Sequence record: PV467749.1
Reading direction: 5' to 3' (one strand)
Source: a phage
DNA: 64,000 nt
This document shows positions 47,788 through 55,556 of the stretch, one piece after another; position 1 is the stretch's first letter; each line of letters opens with the position of its first letter. A model generated the notes under the pieces. The model was not told the DNA's origin, did no database searches, and worked only from the letters and a program-made list of their open reading frames with translations. Made by a program: the position numbers and the translations under genes.

Positions 47788-48939
47788 ATGTTACCTTTTG
47801 CAAGAATGGTTAAGTACGGGAATATTTCACCTGTTCCTGCAACACCAACTATAAAAGATTTTAAGATTGGTTTTACCCATGAAGTGTTATTGGACAGTGC
47901 AGGTGATGTGTGGGGTATTGGATATAATACCGCTGGACAGTTGGGATTTCTGGATGCTAACACAAATTCAATAGGAATGTGGTCTAAGATACATGAGAAT
48001 GTTAGATTAATTGGCGTTACTGCCAAATATACTGTAGTTGTTACAAATGATAATAGAATACTTTACGCCGGAAATAACTTAATTTCTAGTACTACAACGC
48101 TTGGGTGGAACGATATAACGTCCAGTATGGGAGAGGTTGCAGTGGATAGTATAGATACATTATATTGCACAGATGGAATGATGCATATTAAAACTGCTGA
48201 TGGCTCTTTATATGCATATGGACGTAATATGAACGCGAACGCTGGAGTTACAGGCGTTTCTGGCGTTATTAGTGTTGCAACTAAAGTTAATGGTTTACCA
48301 TCGGCAGTGAAGGATATACGATATACGTTTAGTTATGGTTCAGTACTATGCCAATTTGATACCACTTCGGTATATGGATGGGGAAGAAATGTCAATGGTG
48401 AATTAGGTCAGGGGAATGCAGCCGCAGTTCCTGCCCCATACCTATTGGCGGGAGCTTCTATTGTTATAGGTACTTCTTATAATGCTACTGCCATTGTTTC
48501 TGGTACTGGAACGTTAGTTACATGTGGTGGACAAAATAATGGTCAGTTAGGTAATGGTATTACTACTGCTGGTAATGTATACATATATGGTGCTAGGTCA
48601 TACCCTGGCGATCTTAATAATATAAGAAGTCCAGTAGATTGTAGTACAACTTATACTTCCGCATTTATGAGTACAGATGGTATATATTACACGGGTTCGA
48701 ACCGAAGTGTTTTTGGTGGTGCGAGTGGTTCTGCTACTGTTGCATTATATACTAAATGTAGTGATTTGCCAATATTATATTCCAATATAACTCAGTGGGG
48801 TAGTGGTACTATTGGTGGGGCGATATGTAGCAGAACTGAATTATATCAGTGTGGTACAGGTAGATACATTGCCGGAGATGGACAGAACGCAACTAGGTAT
48901 GGGTTTAGAAAGACACCATTACCTTGGGATGTTTATTGA
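47788..48939 (+). CDS. RCC1-like beta-propeller protein, copy 15
   Basis: MLPFARMVKYGNISP. Seven clear blades: VWGIGYNTAGQLG, VYGWGRNVNGELGQG, LVTCGGQNNGQLGNG ... Confidence 0.9.
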   Translation: MLPFARMVKYGNISPVPATPTIKDFKIGFTHEVLLDSAGDVWGIGYNTAGQLGFLDANTNSIGMWSKIHENVRLIGVTAKYTVVVTNDNRILYAGNNLISSTTTLGWNDITSSMGEVAVDSIDTLYCTDGMMHIKTADGSLYAYGRNMNANAGVTGVSGVISVATKVNGLPSAVKDIRYTFSYGSVLCQFDTTSVYGWGRNVNGELGQGNAAAVPAPYLLAGASIVIGTSYNATAIVSGTGTLVTCGGQNNGQLGNGITTAGNVYIYGARSYPGDLNNIRSPVDCSTTYTSAFMSTDGIYYTGSNRSVFGGASGSATVALYTKCSDLPILYSNITQWGSGTIGGAICSRTELYQCGTGRYIAGDGQNATRYGFRKTPLPWDVY

Positions 48940-48944
48940 AATAA

Positions 48945-48975
48945 TGCCAGTACTCAAGTACTGGCATTTCTTTTA
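48945..48975 (+). terminator. terminator between convergent genes
   Basis: TGCCAGTACTcaAGTACTGGCA + TTTCTTTT. Confidence 0.75.
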
Positions 48976-49623
48976 CATATTATATAATGTGAATGCAGTC
49001 ACTTTACCAGTTGTTGTTAGTTCATTATAAAGATACTCCAAGATTCTCGCACACTCTAAGTATATCTCGATATCATCATGAATAAGTGAGTACTGAAATA
49101 GCTGTTCTTCAGGTAATTTGTATTGACTTCCTTTTAATGAATTGAGAATATCTTTCACATCATCAAGTACTGGGTAAAGTACGAAATCTTCATCATATTT
49201 TGAAGCAATAAATTCAAATCCACCACCATCAGTACTAGATATACCAATCAGTACTTTATCAATCAAGTTAATGTTTATATAACGGTTGTGATTTGGGTGA
49301 ATTGAAATCTCAAACATACGAGTACTGTTACAATCAACATCAATATACAAATATACATCATTGAATTTATAAGTTAAACAACCGTACTCAAGAAAATCAG
49401 AACAAATAATTGATGAGTTTTTTCTTGTCTCTGCGTAATGCATCTTGATATTCTTTTCACGCATAAGTAATTCGAACTTTGCACTAAACTTGCCACCAGC
49501 AAGATAGTTAGTATTAGGACGTTTGTAACTTGCAACTGGTCGGTGGGATGATGTAAAGTATTTTTTTGTGAATCGTTTCTGTTTAGTGAAATATTCTTGA
49601 TAGAACTTACTTCTTTTATTCAT
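48973..49623 (-). CDS. hypothetical 216-aa protein inverted inside the RCC1 array; distant paralog of 27818..28477 and 62828..63400
   Basis: Basic N-terminus MNKRSKFYQEYFTKQ (family-2-like); KLPEEQLFQYSLI motif. Confidence 0.75.
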   Translation of the reverse strand: MNKRSKFYQEYFTKQKRFTKKYFTSSHRPVASYKRPNTNYLAGGKFSAKFELLMREKNIKMHYAETRKNSSIICSDFLEYGCLTYKFNDVYLYIDVDCNSTRMFEISIHPNHNRYININLIDKVLIGISSTDGGGFEFIASKYDEDFVLYPVLDDVKDILNSLKGSQYKLPEEQLFQYSLIHDDIEIYLECARILEYLYNELTTTGKVTAFTLYNM

Positions 49624-49700
49624 GAGTACCTCAATTAAATCGCTGTAAAATTGTACATTATAAAATGATTAAATAAAGTATAACACAAGGAGATTTTATC

Positions 49701-50825
49701 ATGTTACCTTTCGTATTGTTATTTGATTATGGGAACGAAAAACAAGAAAGTTCTTATGATGTTAGTGTATATGGAAACAATAACTACATTTTAAATAAAC
49801 AAACTGGAAACCTTTTTGCATCCGGTGCTGCGGCATTCATGGGTGATAACACAGTTAAGTATTATATTACCCAAATAGAATCAAATGTTCATAGCTGTGA
49901 GATAGGTTTCCTATCATCATGGATAATTAAGAAGGACAAAACTGTTTTCATTTTAGGAAACAAAAGCAGTATAGGATTAACTGGTTCGACAACATCATGG
50001 TTCGAAATTACAAATTTATTTTCTGCTGTTCCTGAAATATGGGACAACCTATTTGAATGTAAAGTTCAATTGGGATATAACTGTATACGTGTTATGACAC
50101 CACTAGGATCAATCTATGCGATTGGTACAAACACTTATGGTGCATTGGGTACTGGTACTACATCCTCATCAACTTCGTTCGTTAAAAGTGGTGCTGTGGA
50201 TGCTGTACGCATGGAATCAACAGAACGTTCAGTGTTCTATCAAAACAGTTCTGGACAATGGTTTGGATGTGGTGATAACACATATGGTATACTAGGTCTA
50301 GGAACTACCGCGAGTCGTGTAAACTCATACACCGCACCAGTATGGACTAATGCAGAAGCTGTTAGCTTCTCTAACCGTGGGATCATATACAGCCTCAATG
50401 GTACTCTATACTCATGTGGTGACAAAGTTAATGGTCAGCTAGGGGATGGATATACACAAAGCATAGACGCTGCCAGGAGCACACCATACACCATAGGAAC
50501 CGCATTCCAAATTGGTAAGGCAATAACATCAGCTACACAAGCATCAGCCAACGTATTCATTGGTAAAGATAATAAGTTCTATGGTACTGGTAGTATTGCT
50601 GCTGGTATAAATGGTAGTACTAGTGCTGCATTAAGTAAAGTTACTGCGTTATCAGCAGCACTACCACCTGACATTACATACAATGATATTATAACATTTA
50701 ATACAGGGACCGTAACTTTTATTCAAGCAAAAGGACAACTATATTATGTTGGTAGAAGAACTTACATAGATAATAGTTCAGACGTTACCACACAGTTCAG
50801 TGTAATTGGTGGCTTAGATAATTAA
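49701..50825 (+). CDS. RCC1-like beta-propeller protein, copy 16
   Basis: MLPFVLLFDYGN; IYAIGTNTYGALGTG, WFGCGDNTYGILGLG, LYSCGDKVNGQLGDG; unique upstream region. Confidence 0.85.
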   Translation: MLPFVLLFDYGNEKQESSYDVSVYGNNNYILNKQTGNLFASGAAAFMGDNTVKYYITQIESNVHSCEIGFLSSWIIKKDKTVFILGNKSSIGLTGSTTSWFEITNLFSAVPEIWDNLFECKVQLGYNCIRVMTPLGSIYAIGTNTYGALGTGTTSSSTSFVKSGAVDAVRMESTERSVFYQNSSGQWFGCGDNTYGILGLGTTASRVNSYTAPVWTNAEAVSFSNRGIIYSLNGTLYSCGDKVNGQLGDGYTQSIDAARSTPYTIGTAFQIGKAITSATQASANVFIGKDNKFYGTGSIAAGINGSTSAALSKVTALSAALPPDITYNDIITFNTGTVTFIQAKGQLYYVGRRTYIDNSSDVTTQFSVIGGLDN

Positions 50826-50831
50826 AATTAA

Positions 50832-50860
50832 TCCAGTACTATTATAGTACTGGATTTTTT
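50832..50860. terminator. bidirectional terminator between convergent arrays
   Basis: TCCAGTACTattatAGTACTGGA flanked by T-runs on both strands. Confidence 0.75.
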
Positions 50861-50861
50861 A

Positions 50862-51233
50862 TTATAACATACGTTTTTTACGAATAGTATTGTGGATATT
50901 TTTTAAGTAGTTCACACCTTTACACAACCCATAAAATACACCAGCACATACACCAAATGCAGGTATCATACATGCAAACATCGTTATCAATTCCCACATC
51001 TCCATGCCATCTTGATTCGGTCCAAGGTCAAAGATAACAACCGAAACCAAACCTGTGATACTTAGCATATAATATGCCATGAAGATAATAAAAGAAACAA
51101 TACCAACATCAGAGCGAACTGAATTTAGCATATTATATACTGGGGTTACACAGAAGTAATACAATAACCAAATCAAAGAACCTAAACTAAACACAATAAT
51201 AGTAATGATCGAAAATATTTCACGATAACTCAT
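50862..51233 (-). CDS. small multi-pass membrane protein, TM family member
   Basis: 123 aa, 3-4 hydrophobic helices, basic tail IHNTIRKKRML. Confidence 0.75.
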   Translation of the reverse strand: MSYREIFSIITIIVFSLGSLIWLLYYFCVTPVYNMLNSVRSDVGIVSFIIFMAYYMLSITGLVSVVIFDLGPNQDGMEMWELITMFACMIPAFGVCAGVFYGLCKGVNYLKNIHNTIRKKRML

Positions 51234-51234
51234 T

Positions 51235-51597
51235 TTAGTTCCTCTTACCTAAACGCTCATGGATTTCGGAAATCTTATTATACATCCATGCCAGCAACTC
51301 AACGGATGCACAGAGAATAACCACACACAGTGTTAGTGAACATACCATAATACCAAATGTTATAAAATTCGAACTCGATGTTAATAATGCAACCAGCATT
51401 AGAATAAAACCAAAATTGAATGCTGTACTCAACACAGTATATGCTGGACTATATCTCCTTTGTATTACATCATATATATTTGATAATGGTCGCTTATGGA
51501 AGTACTTCCCAATGCACACGAATGCATTCAGTGAGAAGATAAATGTATACGCCATTACCATTAATTGACCAATAAAAGATAATTCAATATTATTCAT
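51235..51597 (-). CDS. small multi-pass membrane protein, TM family member
   Basis: 120 aa; tail IHERLGKRN. Confidence 0.75.
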   Translation of the reverse strand: MNNIELSFIGQLMVMAYTFIFSLNAFVCIGKYFHKRPLSNIYDVIQRRYSPAYTVLSTAFNFGFILMLVALLTSSSNFITFGIMVCSLTLCVVILCASVELLAWMYNKISEIHERLGKRN

Positions 51598-51598
51598 G

Positions 51599-51970
51599 TT
51601 ATCCTCGTTTGCGGTATTTGATGCTTTGGTGCATTCTCTGAAAATGTGGAACTAATACATATTGTACGGTTTGCCAAATTACCATCAGATTATGGACAGC
51701 ACCACCGAGTAGACCAAACACTACACAGATAATTGCCAGTACTGGATCACCATCTACCATACCCCATTTGAATATATGTAAAATCCATACAGTGATAAGT
51801 AGTAATAAACTAATCCAATACGTAGTAAAAAATCCTGCATGTAATTCATAGTCATCAGCAATTTCATCGTATACGGTTTCCAAGAAGGATACACAGAAGA
51901 ACTTGCCAATAATAATAATTGTACTAATAAACAACATAGCAGTTAATATAATAAGTGCAATTTCCATCAC
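51599..51970 (-). CDS. small multi-pass membrane protein, TM family member
   Basis: 123 aa; tail MHQSIKYRKRG; ATGA overlap upstream. Confidence 0.75.
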   Translation of the reverse strand: MMEIALIILTAMLFISTIIIIGKFFCVSFLETVYDEIADDYELHAGFFTTYWISLLLLITVWILHIFKWGMVDGDPVLAIICVVFGLLGGAVHNLMVIWQTVQYVLVPHFQRMHQSIKYRKRG

Positions 51971-52281
51971 ATCCCTCGTTTACGCTTTTGATTGCGTCTA
52001 AATTCGGTTAGCCCACGACTAATCGGTGGCATCAGACTACATAAAAAAATAACAGTTGTTGGTAATAACATGAAGTCAATCATTGCTGTATTAACAGGTG
52101 GATCACATACCAAATAATACAAACAAGTAATACTAATTATGGTTGACCCAATAAAAGGAATACAAAATTCTTTTATCTGTTTTTCAACATAATCAAACAT
52201 CTTCAATACAAATAAAAATCCAACCCAACACATAATAAAATAGAATGAATAAAGCGTGTAAATCAATGTTACGATATCCAT
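51967..52281 (-). CDS. small multi-pass membrane protein, TM family member
   Basis: 104 aa; tail EFRRNQKRKRGM. Confidence 0.75.
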   Translation of the reverse strand: MDIVTLIYTLYSFYFIMCWVGFLFVLKMFDYVEKQIKEFCIPFIGSTIISITCLYYLVCDPPVNTAMIDFMLLPTTVIFLCSLMPPISRGLTEFRRNQKRKRGM

Positions 52282-52619
52282 TAGTACCTCGCATCAGGAA
52301 CTTTAGCACGTAATTTATGAACGACTGGGAACAACAACAAACTTACATATGCAATAGTTGAACCCCAATAGAATACTAATATAATTGGTTCACCATTGGA
52401 ACGGAACCCTCTACTAATCATTGAGTAGTGAATAATAGGCATGAACATCGCCATACCAAACCATGCGTGTAATTTTAATTGCAGCATGTTATCAGAGATG
52501 AATACTGAAATTGGTCGTTTGAAGAACCACATCAGAAAGTAGAATCCAGCACTAAGGATATAGTACATAGTACTAACTTTCATATACCACGGCAGTAAGT
52601 GTAAAAAATATTCCATCAT
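52281..52619 (-). CDS. small multi-pass membrane protein, TM family member
   Basis: 112 aa; tail KLRAKVPDARY. Confidence 0.75.
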   Translation of the reverse strand: MMEYFLHLLPWYMKVSTMYYILSAGFYFLMWFFKRPISVFISDNMLQLKLHAWFGMAMFMPIIHYSMISRGFRSNGEPIILVFYWGSTIAYVSLLLFPVVHKLRAKVPDARY

Positions 52620-52963
52620 TCCTCCGGTATCTTGTTTCGAAGTTCAATCATAACACAACAAAGTTTAATGGTCAAGTAAAAAACTACACATATCATACCC
52701 AATGTACCGTAAACTGCGGAGAATGCTGGCAGTACCTTTCCTGTGAGTGTTGCTACAATACATGCTATCAATGTTGATGCAAACAACGATTGATTAATGA
52801 AAGAATTCATAAAATCTTCACCATTACGCTTATAGAATTGTCGTTTAAAATACCATCCTAGAAACATAACTACCCAAAATGTTACATAACCTGTTAGAAT
52901 AATCCCTGCAATTGAATGTGCAACAGAACTACTCTTTAAAAACTCAAGATAAGATTCAAACAT
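52616..52963 (-). CDS. small multi-pass membrane protein, TM family member
   Basis: 115 aa; tail ELRNKIPEE. Confidence 0.75.
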   Translation of the reverse strand: MFESYLEFLKSSSVAHSIAGIILTGYVTFWVVMFLGWYFKRQFYKRNGEDFMNSFINQSLFASTLIACIVATLTGKVLPAFSAVYGTLGMICVVFYLTIKLCCVMIELRNKIPEE

Positions 52964-53301
52964 TAGAAGTCCCCACGAATTTTTGCTCTACCATTAATGA
53001 TGAGATTAAACAAGTATATCAGCACCCAAATTAGTAATCCAAGGAATACAATATATTGTGATATTGAGTTCAACTGTGGATTAGCACAATAAATTAAGTG
53101 TGCGATAAGACCAACAATTGCAAACATACCTTGGATAATAGTGAAAAGAAGTAGTGAAATGTTTCCATCTGGATACAGTTTGAAAACGATTTTCTTTTTA
53201 AAATACCATAGTACTACAACTAGTGCATGATAAAAGAAAAAACCAAACAGATAAATCAAAGTAATACTAAGCATTGTATCTGAATTAAAAAACTCAAGCA
53301 T
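52963..53301 (-). CDS. small multi-pass membrane protein, TM family member (first of the operon)
   Basis: 112 aa; tail INGRAKIRGDF. Confidence 0.75.
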   Translation of the reverse strand: MLEFFNSDTMLSITLIYLFGFFFYHALVVVLWYFKKKIVFKLYPDGNISLLLFTIIQGMFAIVGLIAHLIYCANPQLNSISQYIVFLGLLIWVLIYLFNLIINGRAKIRGDF

Positions 53302-53330
53302 ATCGTATCTCCGGTGGTGAATATTAAGTT

Positions 53331-53359
53331 ATAGTACTACACTATGGTAGTACTGTCAA
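53331..53359 (-). promoter_or_regulatory. sigma70-type promoter for the membrane-protein operon
   Basis: TTGACA-N17-TACTAT. Confidence 0.65.
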
Positions 53360-53368
53360 TACATGTAA

Positions 53369-54142
53369 TTAAATTTTCTCAAGGAACATGTTTTCTGCCA
53401 TTGACTCCCAATCATATGGAAATTTATTATACAGACCAGCGATCAGTACTGGCATACGCAGAGAAGGTGAACGCAGCTTTTCTTCGTTGTTCAGCATCCA
53501 GTTTAAGATAGCTTTACAACCATTTTTATTAACCCCATTGTTCTCAAGAATATTAGTCTTGTTCATGATGTTCTCAATGTGAATCATAACTTCTTCGTTA
53601 GTGAACAGTTGAAGATCAACAAAGATACTACGAGTAATCAGTGCATCAATGTGTGGTGCTAAACTGCTTTTACCTTTAGCAATCTGTGACAGGTTTTTGT
53701 TCGTCAGGAAGATTACCTTCCCACGGAATTCAAACTGCTTAGGAATACCCTGCTGTTCCAGGTACTTCCCAGAAGTTGCATAAGATACAACCCGCTTCTC
53801 TGAAGTATCCAGTACTGCTTTGAGCAAGTCAATGTTGGTTTCATCGCTGAAGATATCAACGTCATCAAGTAACAGTACTGAAGCGGCATGACGTGAACGA
53901 TACAGTGCTTCGTACAAACCCATAGTGGTTACTTTACCGCTGATCTTTTTGTAGTCGATTTCAAAGTTATCATCAGCTTTCTGTAAACGCTGGTCAACGT
54001 TGTAAGTTTTACCAACACCACCTTTACCAGATACAATCAGGGAATTGATTGAATTAGCTTGGGTATCAAGTAAACATTCCAAAGCTGCCATCATGCTGTT
54101 GAAGTTCTTTTCGATTTGGATTGCTTTCTCTGTACGGGTCAT
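53369..54142 (-). CDS. P-loop NTPase (AAA-like ATPase)
   Basis: 257 aa; Walker A SGKGGVGKT, Walker B VLLLDDVD, sensor-like FLTN. Confidence 0.85.
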   Translation of the reverse strand: MTRTEKAIQIEKNFNSMMAALECLLDTQANSINSLIVSGKGGVGKTYNVDQRLQKADDNFEIDYKKISGKVTTMGLYEALYRSRHAASVLLLDDVDIFSDETNIDLLKAVLDTSEKRVVSYATSGKYLEQQGIPKQFEFRGKVIFLTNKNLSQIAKGKSSLAPHIDALITRSIFVDLQLFTNEEVMIHIENIMNKTNILENNGVNKNGCKAILNWMLNNEEKLRSPSLRMPVLIAGLYNKFPYDWESMAENMFLEKI

Positions 54143-54170
54143 GTATTCATCCTCTCGTCTTGATGAAATA

Positions 54171-54210
54171 ATTATAGCAAAAAGGGCTGACCGAAGTCAA
54201 CCCTTTTTTC
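54171..54210 (-). promoter_or_regulatory. terminator-promoter fusion cassette
   Basis: GGGTTGAC-TTCG-GTCAGCCC hairpin + T5, with TTGACT as the -35; N18; TATAAT. The HNH gene's TGA stop lies inside GGGTTGACT. Confidence 0.7.
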
Positions 54211-54610
54211 TTTCAATCAAACATAGTCTACCAGAATGTACCATGCGATGGTGATTAGAACAAAGAATCATACACTTTCGAATTTCATCTTTGATAGCAT
54301 CTCGACTTTTACTGAACATAGAACTTGGTGTATGTTCTTTGGTATTAGGGTCAAGATGGTGAAAGTCTAAACATTCTGGATACTTCATCATACAAACACT
54401 ACAACCATAAAATGATTTAACTCTGGTCATGAAATCTTTATTTTTTCTTTTGATTTCTTCAAGTTTTTTGACATCAGTTTTTTTATTTCTGGTTTTCTTA
54501 CTGGTAATATTACTACAACCTTTGCATGTATTTCTATGTTTCCCAGTATCACTTCTTATACCAAATTCACTAATGTCTTTTTCAATATTACACGTGATAC
54601 ACTTCTTCAT
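54197..54610 (-). CDS. HNH endonuclease (free-standing, homing-endonuclease-like)
   Basis: 137 aa; Cys pairs CITC, CKGC, CSVC; LDFHHLDP..K..; ILCSNHHRMVH. Confidence 0.85.
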   Translation of the reverse strand: MKKCITCNIEKDISEFGIRSDTGKHRNTCKGCSNITSKKTRNKKTDVKKLEEIKRKNKDFMTRVKSFYGCSVCMMKYPECLDFHHLDPNTKEHTPSSMFSKSRDAIKDEIRKCMILCSNHHRMVHSGRLCLIERKKG

Positions 54611-54912
54611 TGTTTAATCCATTTATTCAACAATGCACCCAACTTCACAATCTCATACCCATCCAGATAGCCATAGGAACACTCAGGTGTTTCATAAGTT
54701 GAACCATCATGGATACCTTGGCATTGGCTTTTGGAACGTTCAAGCAATCGTTGCAGTACTGATACGTCATCAAGAACGTAATACAAGTTAGCATATGGGT
54801 CCGTCACAATACAGTACTTAAACATACCAAATGTATCAATCGATTTTTCAACCTTAGCAAATTGTTTCTTTTCTTTATTATACAGTGCGTACATATTAAT
54901 CTCCACAATCAA
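54607..54912 (-). CDS. hypothetical protein
   Basis: 101-aa ORF; ATGA overlap with the HNH gene. Confidence 0.7.
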   Translation of the reverse strand: MIVEINMYALYNKEKKQFAKVEKSIDTFGMFKYCIVTDPYANLYYVLDDVSVLQRLLERSKSQCQGIHDGSTYETPECSYGYLDGYEIVKLGALLNKWIKQ

Positions 54913-55267
54913 GTTTAACTAACTTACCACCCAGATACCCAAAGTTTTCTGGCTTCGCATCTGAATAGAAGAAGTCAGTACTCAACTCTGAATCCAATGC
55001 TAAAGCACACAACTCCACCCAAAATAAACCCCTATGTTGTACTGGCTTACAACGTTTCTGTACAGTTACTAGTCCAGTACATGATGACCACAACGTAGGG
55101 CAGATACCACTATCACTACGCTTGGAGTACTGCATCCAAGAACGTTCATTGAGGTTAGCTATCATCCCTGTTAAGAATAGCTTCCAACTTTTAAAGGTTG
55201 GAATCTTGATAGCATATTCCCCAATGAGTATGACAGTTCGGGTTGCACCTTTCAAATCTATATTCAT
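54896..55267 (-). CDS. minimal protein-kinase-like protein (second copy of the architecture)
   Basis: 123 aa; YAIKIP (Lys), DAKPENFG (catalytic loop D-x-K-P-x-N), KLDCGD (DFG-like) at the very C-terminus. Confidence 0.6.
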   Translation of the reverse strand: MNIDLKGATRTVILIGEYAIKIPTFKSWKLFLTGMIANLNERSWMQYSKRSDSGICPTLWSSCTGLVTVQKRCKPVQHRGLFWVELCALALDSELSTDFFYSDAKPENFGYLGGKLVKLDCGD

Positions 55268-55276
55268 ATTTTTTAA

Positions 55277-55528
55277 TTAGAAGAACACAAACCAAGTCCA
55301 GAATAAATTCCACACTACAAATAAAGACATAGTGGTTTTATGTACAATATCAGCAGTACTGGTCCATCCTCCACCGTGTCCTATTCCATTTATGAATAGA
55401 ACTAAGAACAAGATACCATTTACTACAATAGTACATAGTAAGTACACAAACACATTCCATGCAAGTTCAGGGGATACTAACGTAAATGGTAAAACAATTA
55501 GTAGTATTAGAACTAATAAAATTTTCAT
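55277..55528 (-). CDS. small membrane protein
   Basis: 83 aa, three hydrophobic segments. Confidence 0.7.
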   Translation of the reverse strand: MKILLVLILLIVLPFTLVSPELAWNVFVYLLCTIVVNGILFLVLFINGIGHGGGWTSTADIVHKTTMSLFVVWNLFWTWFVFF

Positions 55529-55556
55529 TTATCGCCTCACTTAATTAACGTGACAA

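Noticed and set aside
30588-50825. A diversity-generating retroelement or shufflon driving propeller variability
   Set aside because: The window has no reverse transcriptase, no template/variable repeat pair with adenine-specific differences, and no invertase or inverted crossover sites. The divergence looks like ordinary paralog evolution.
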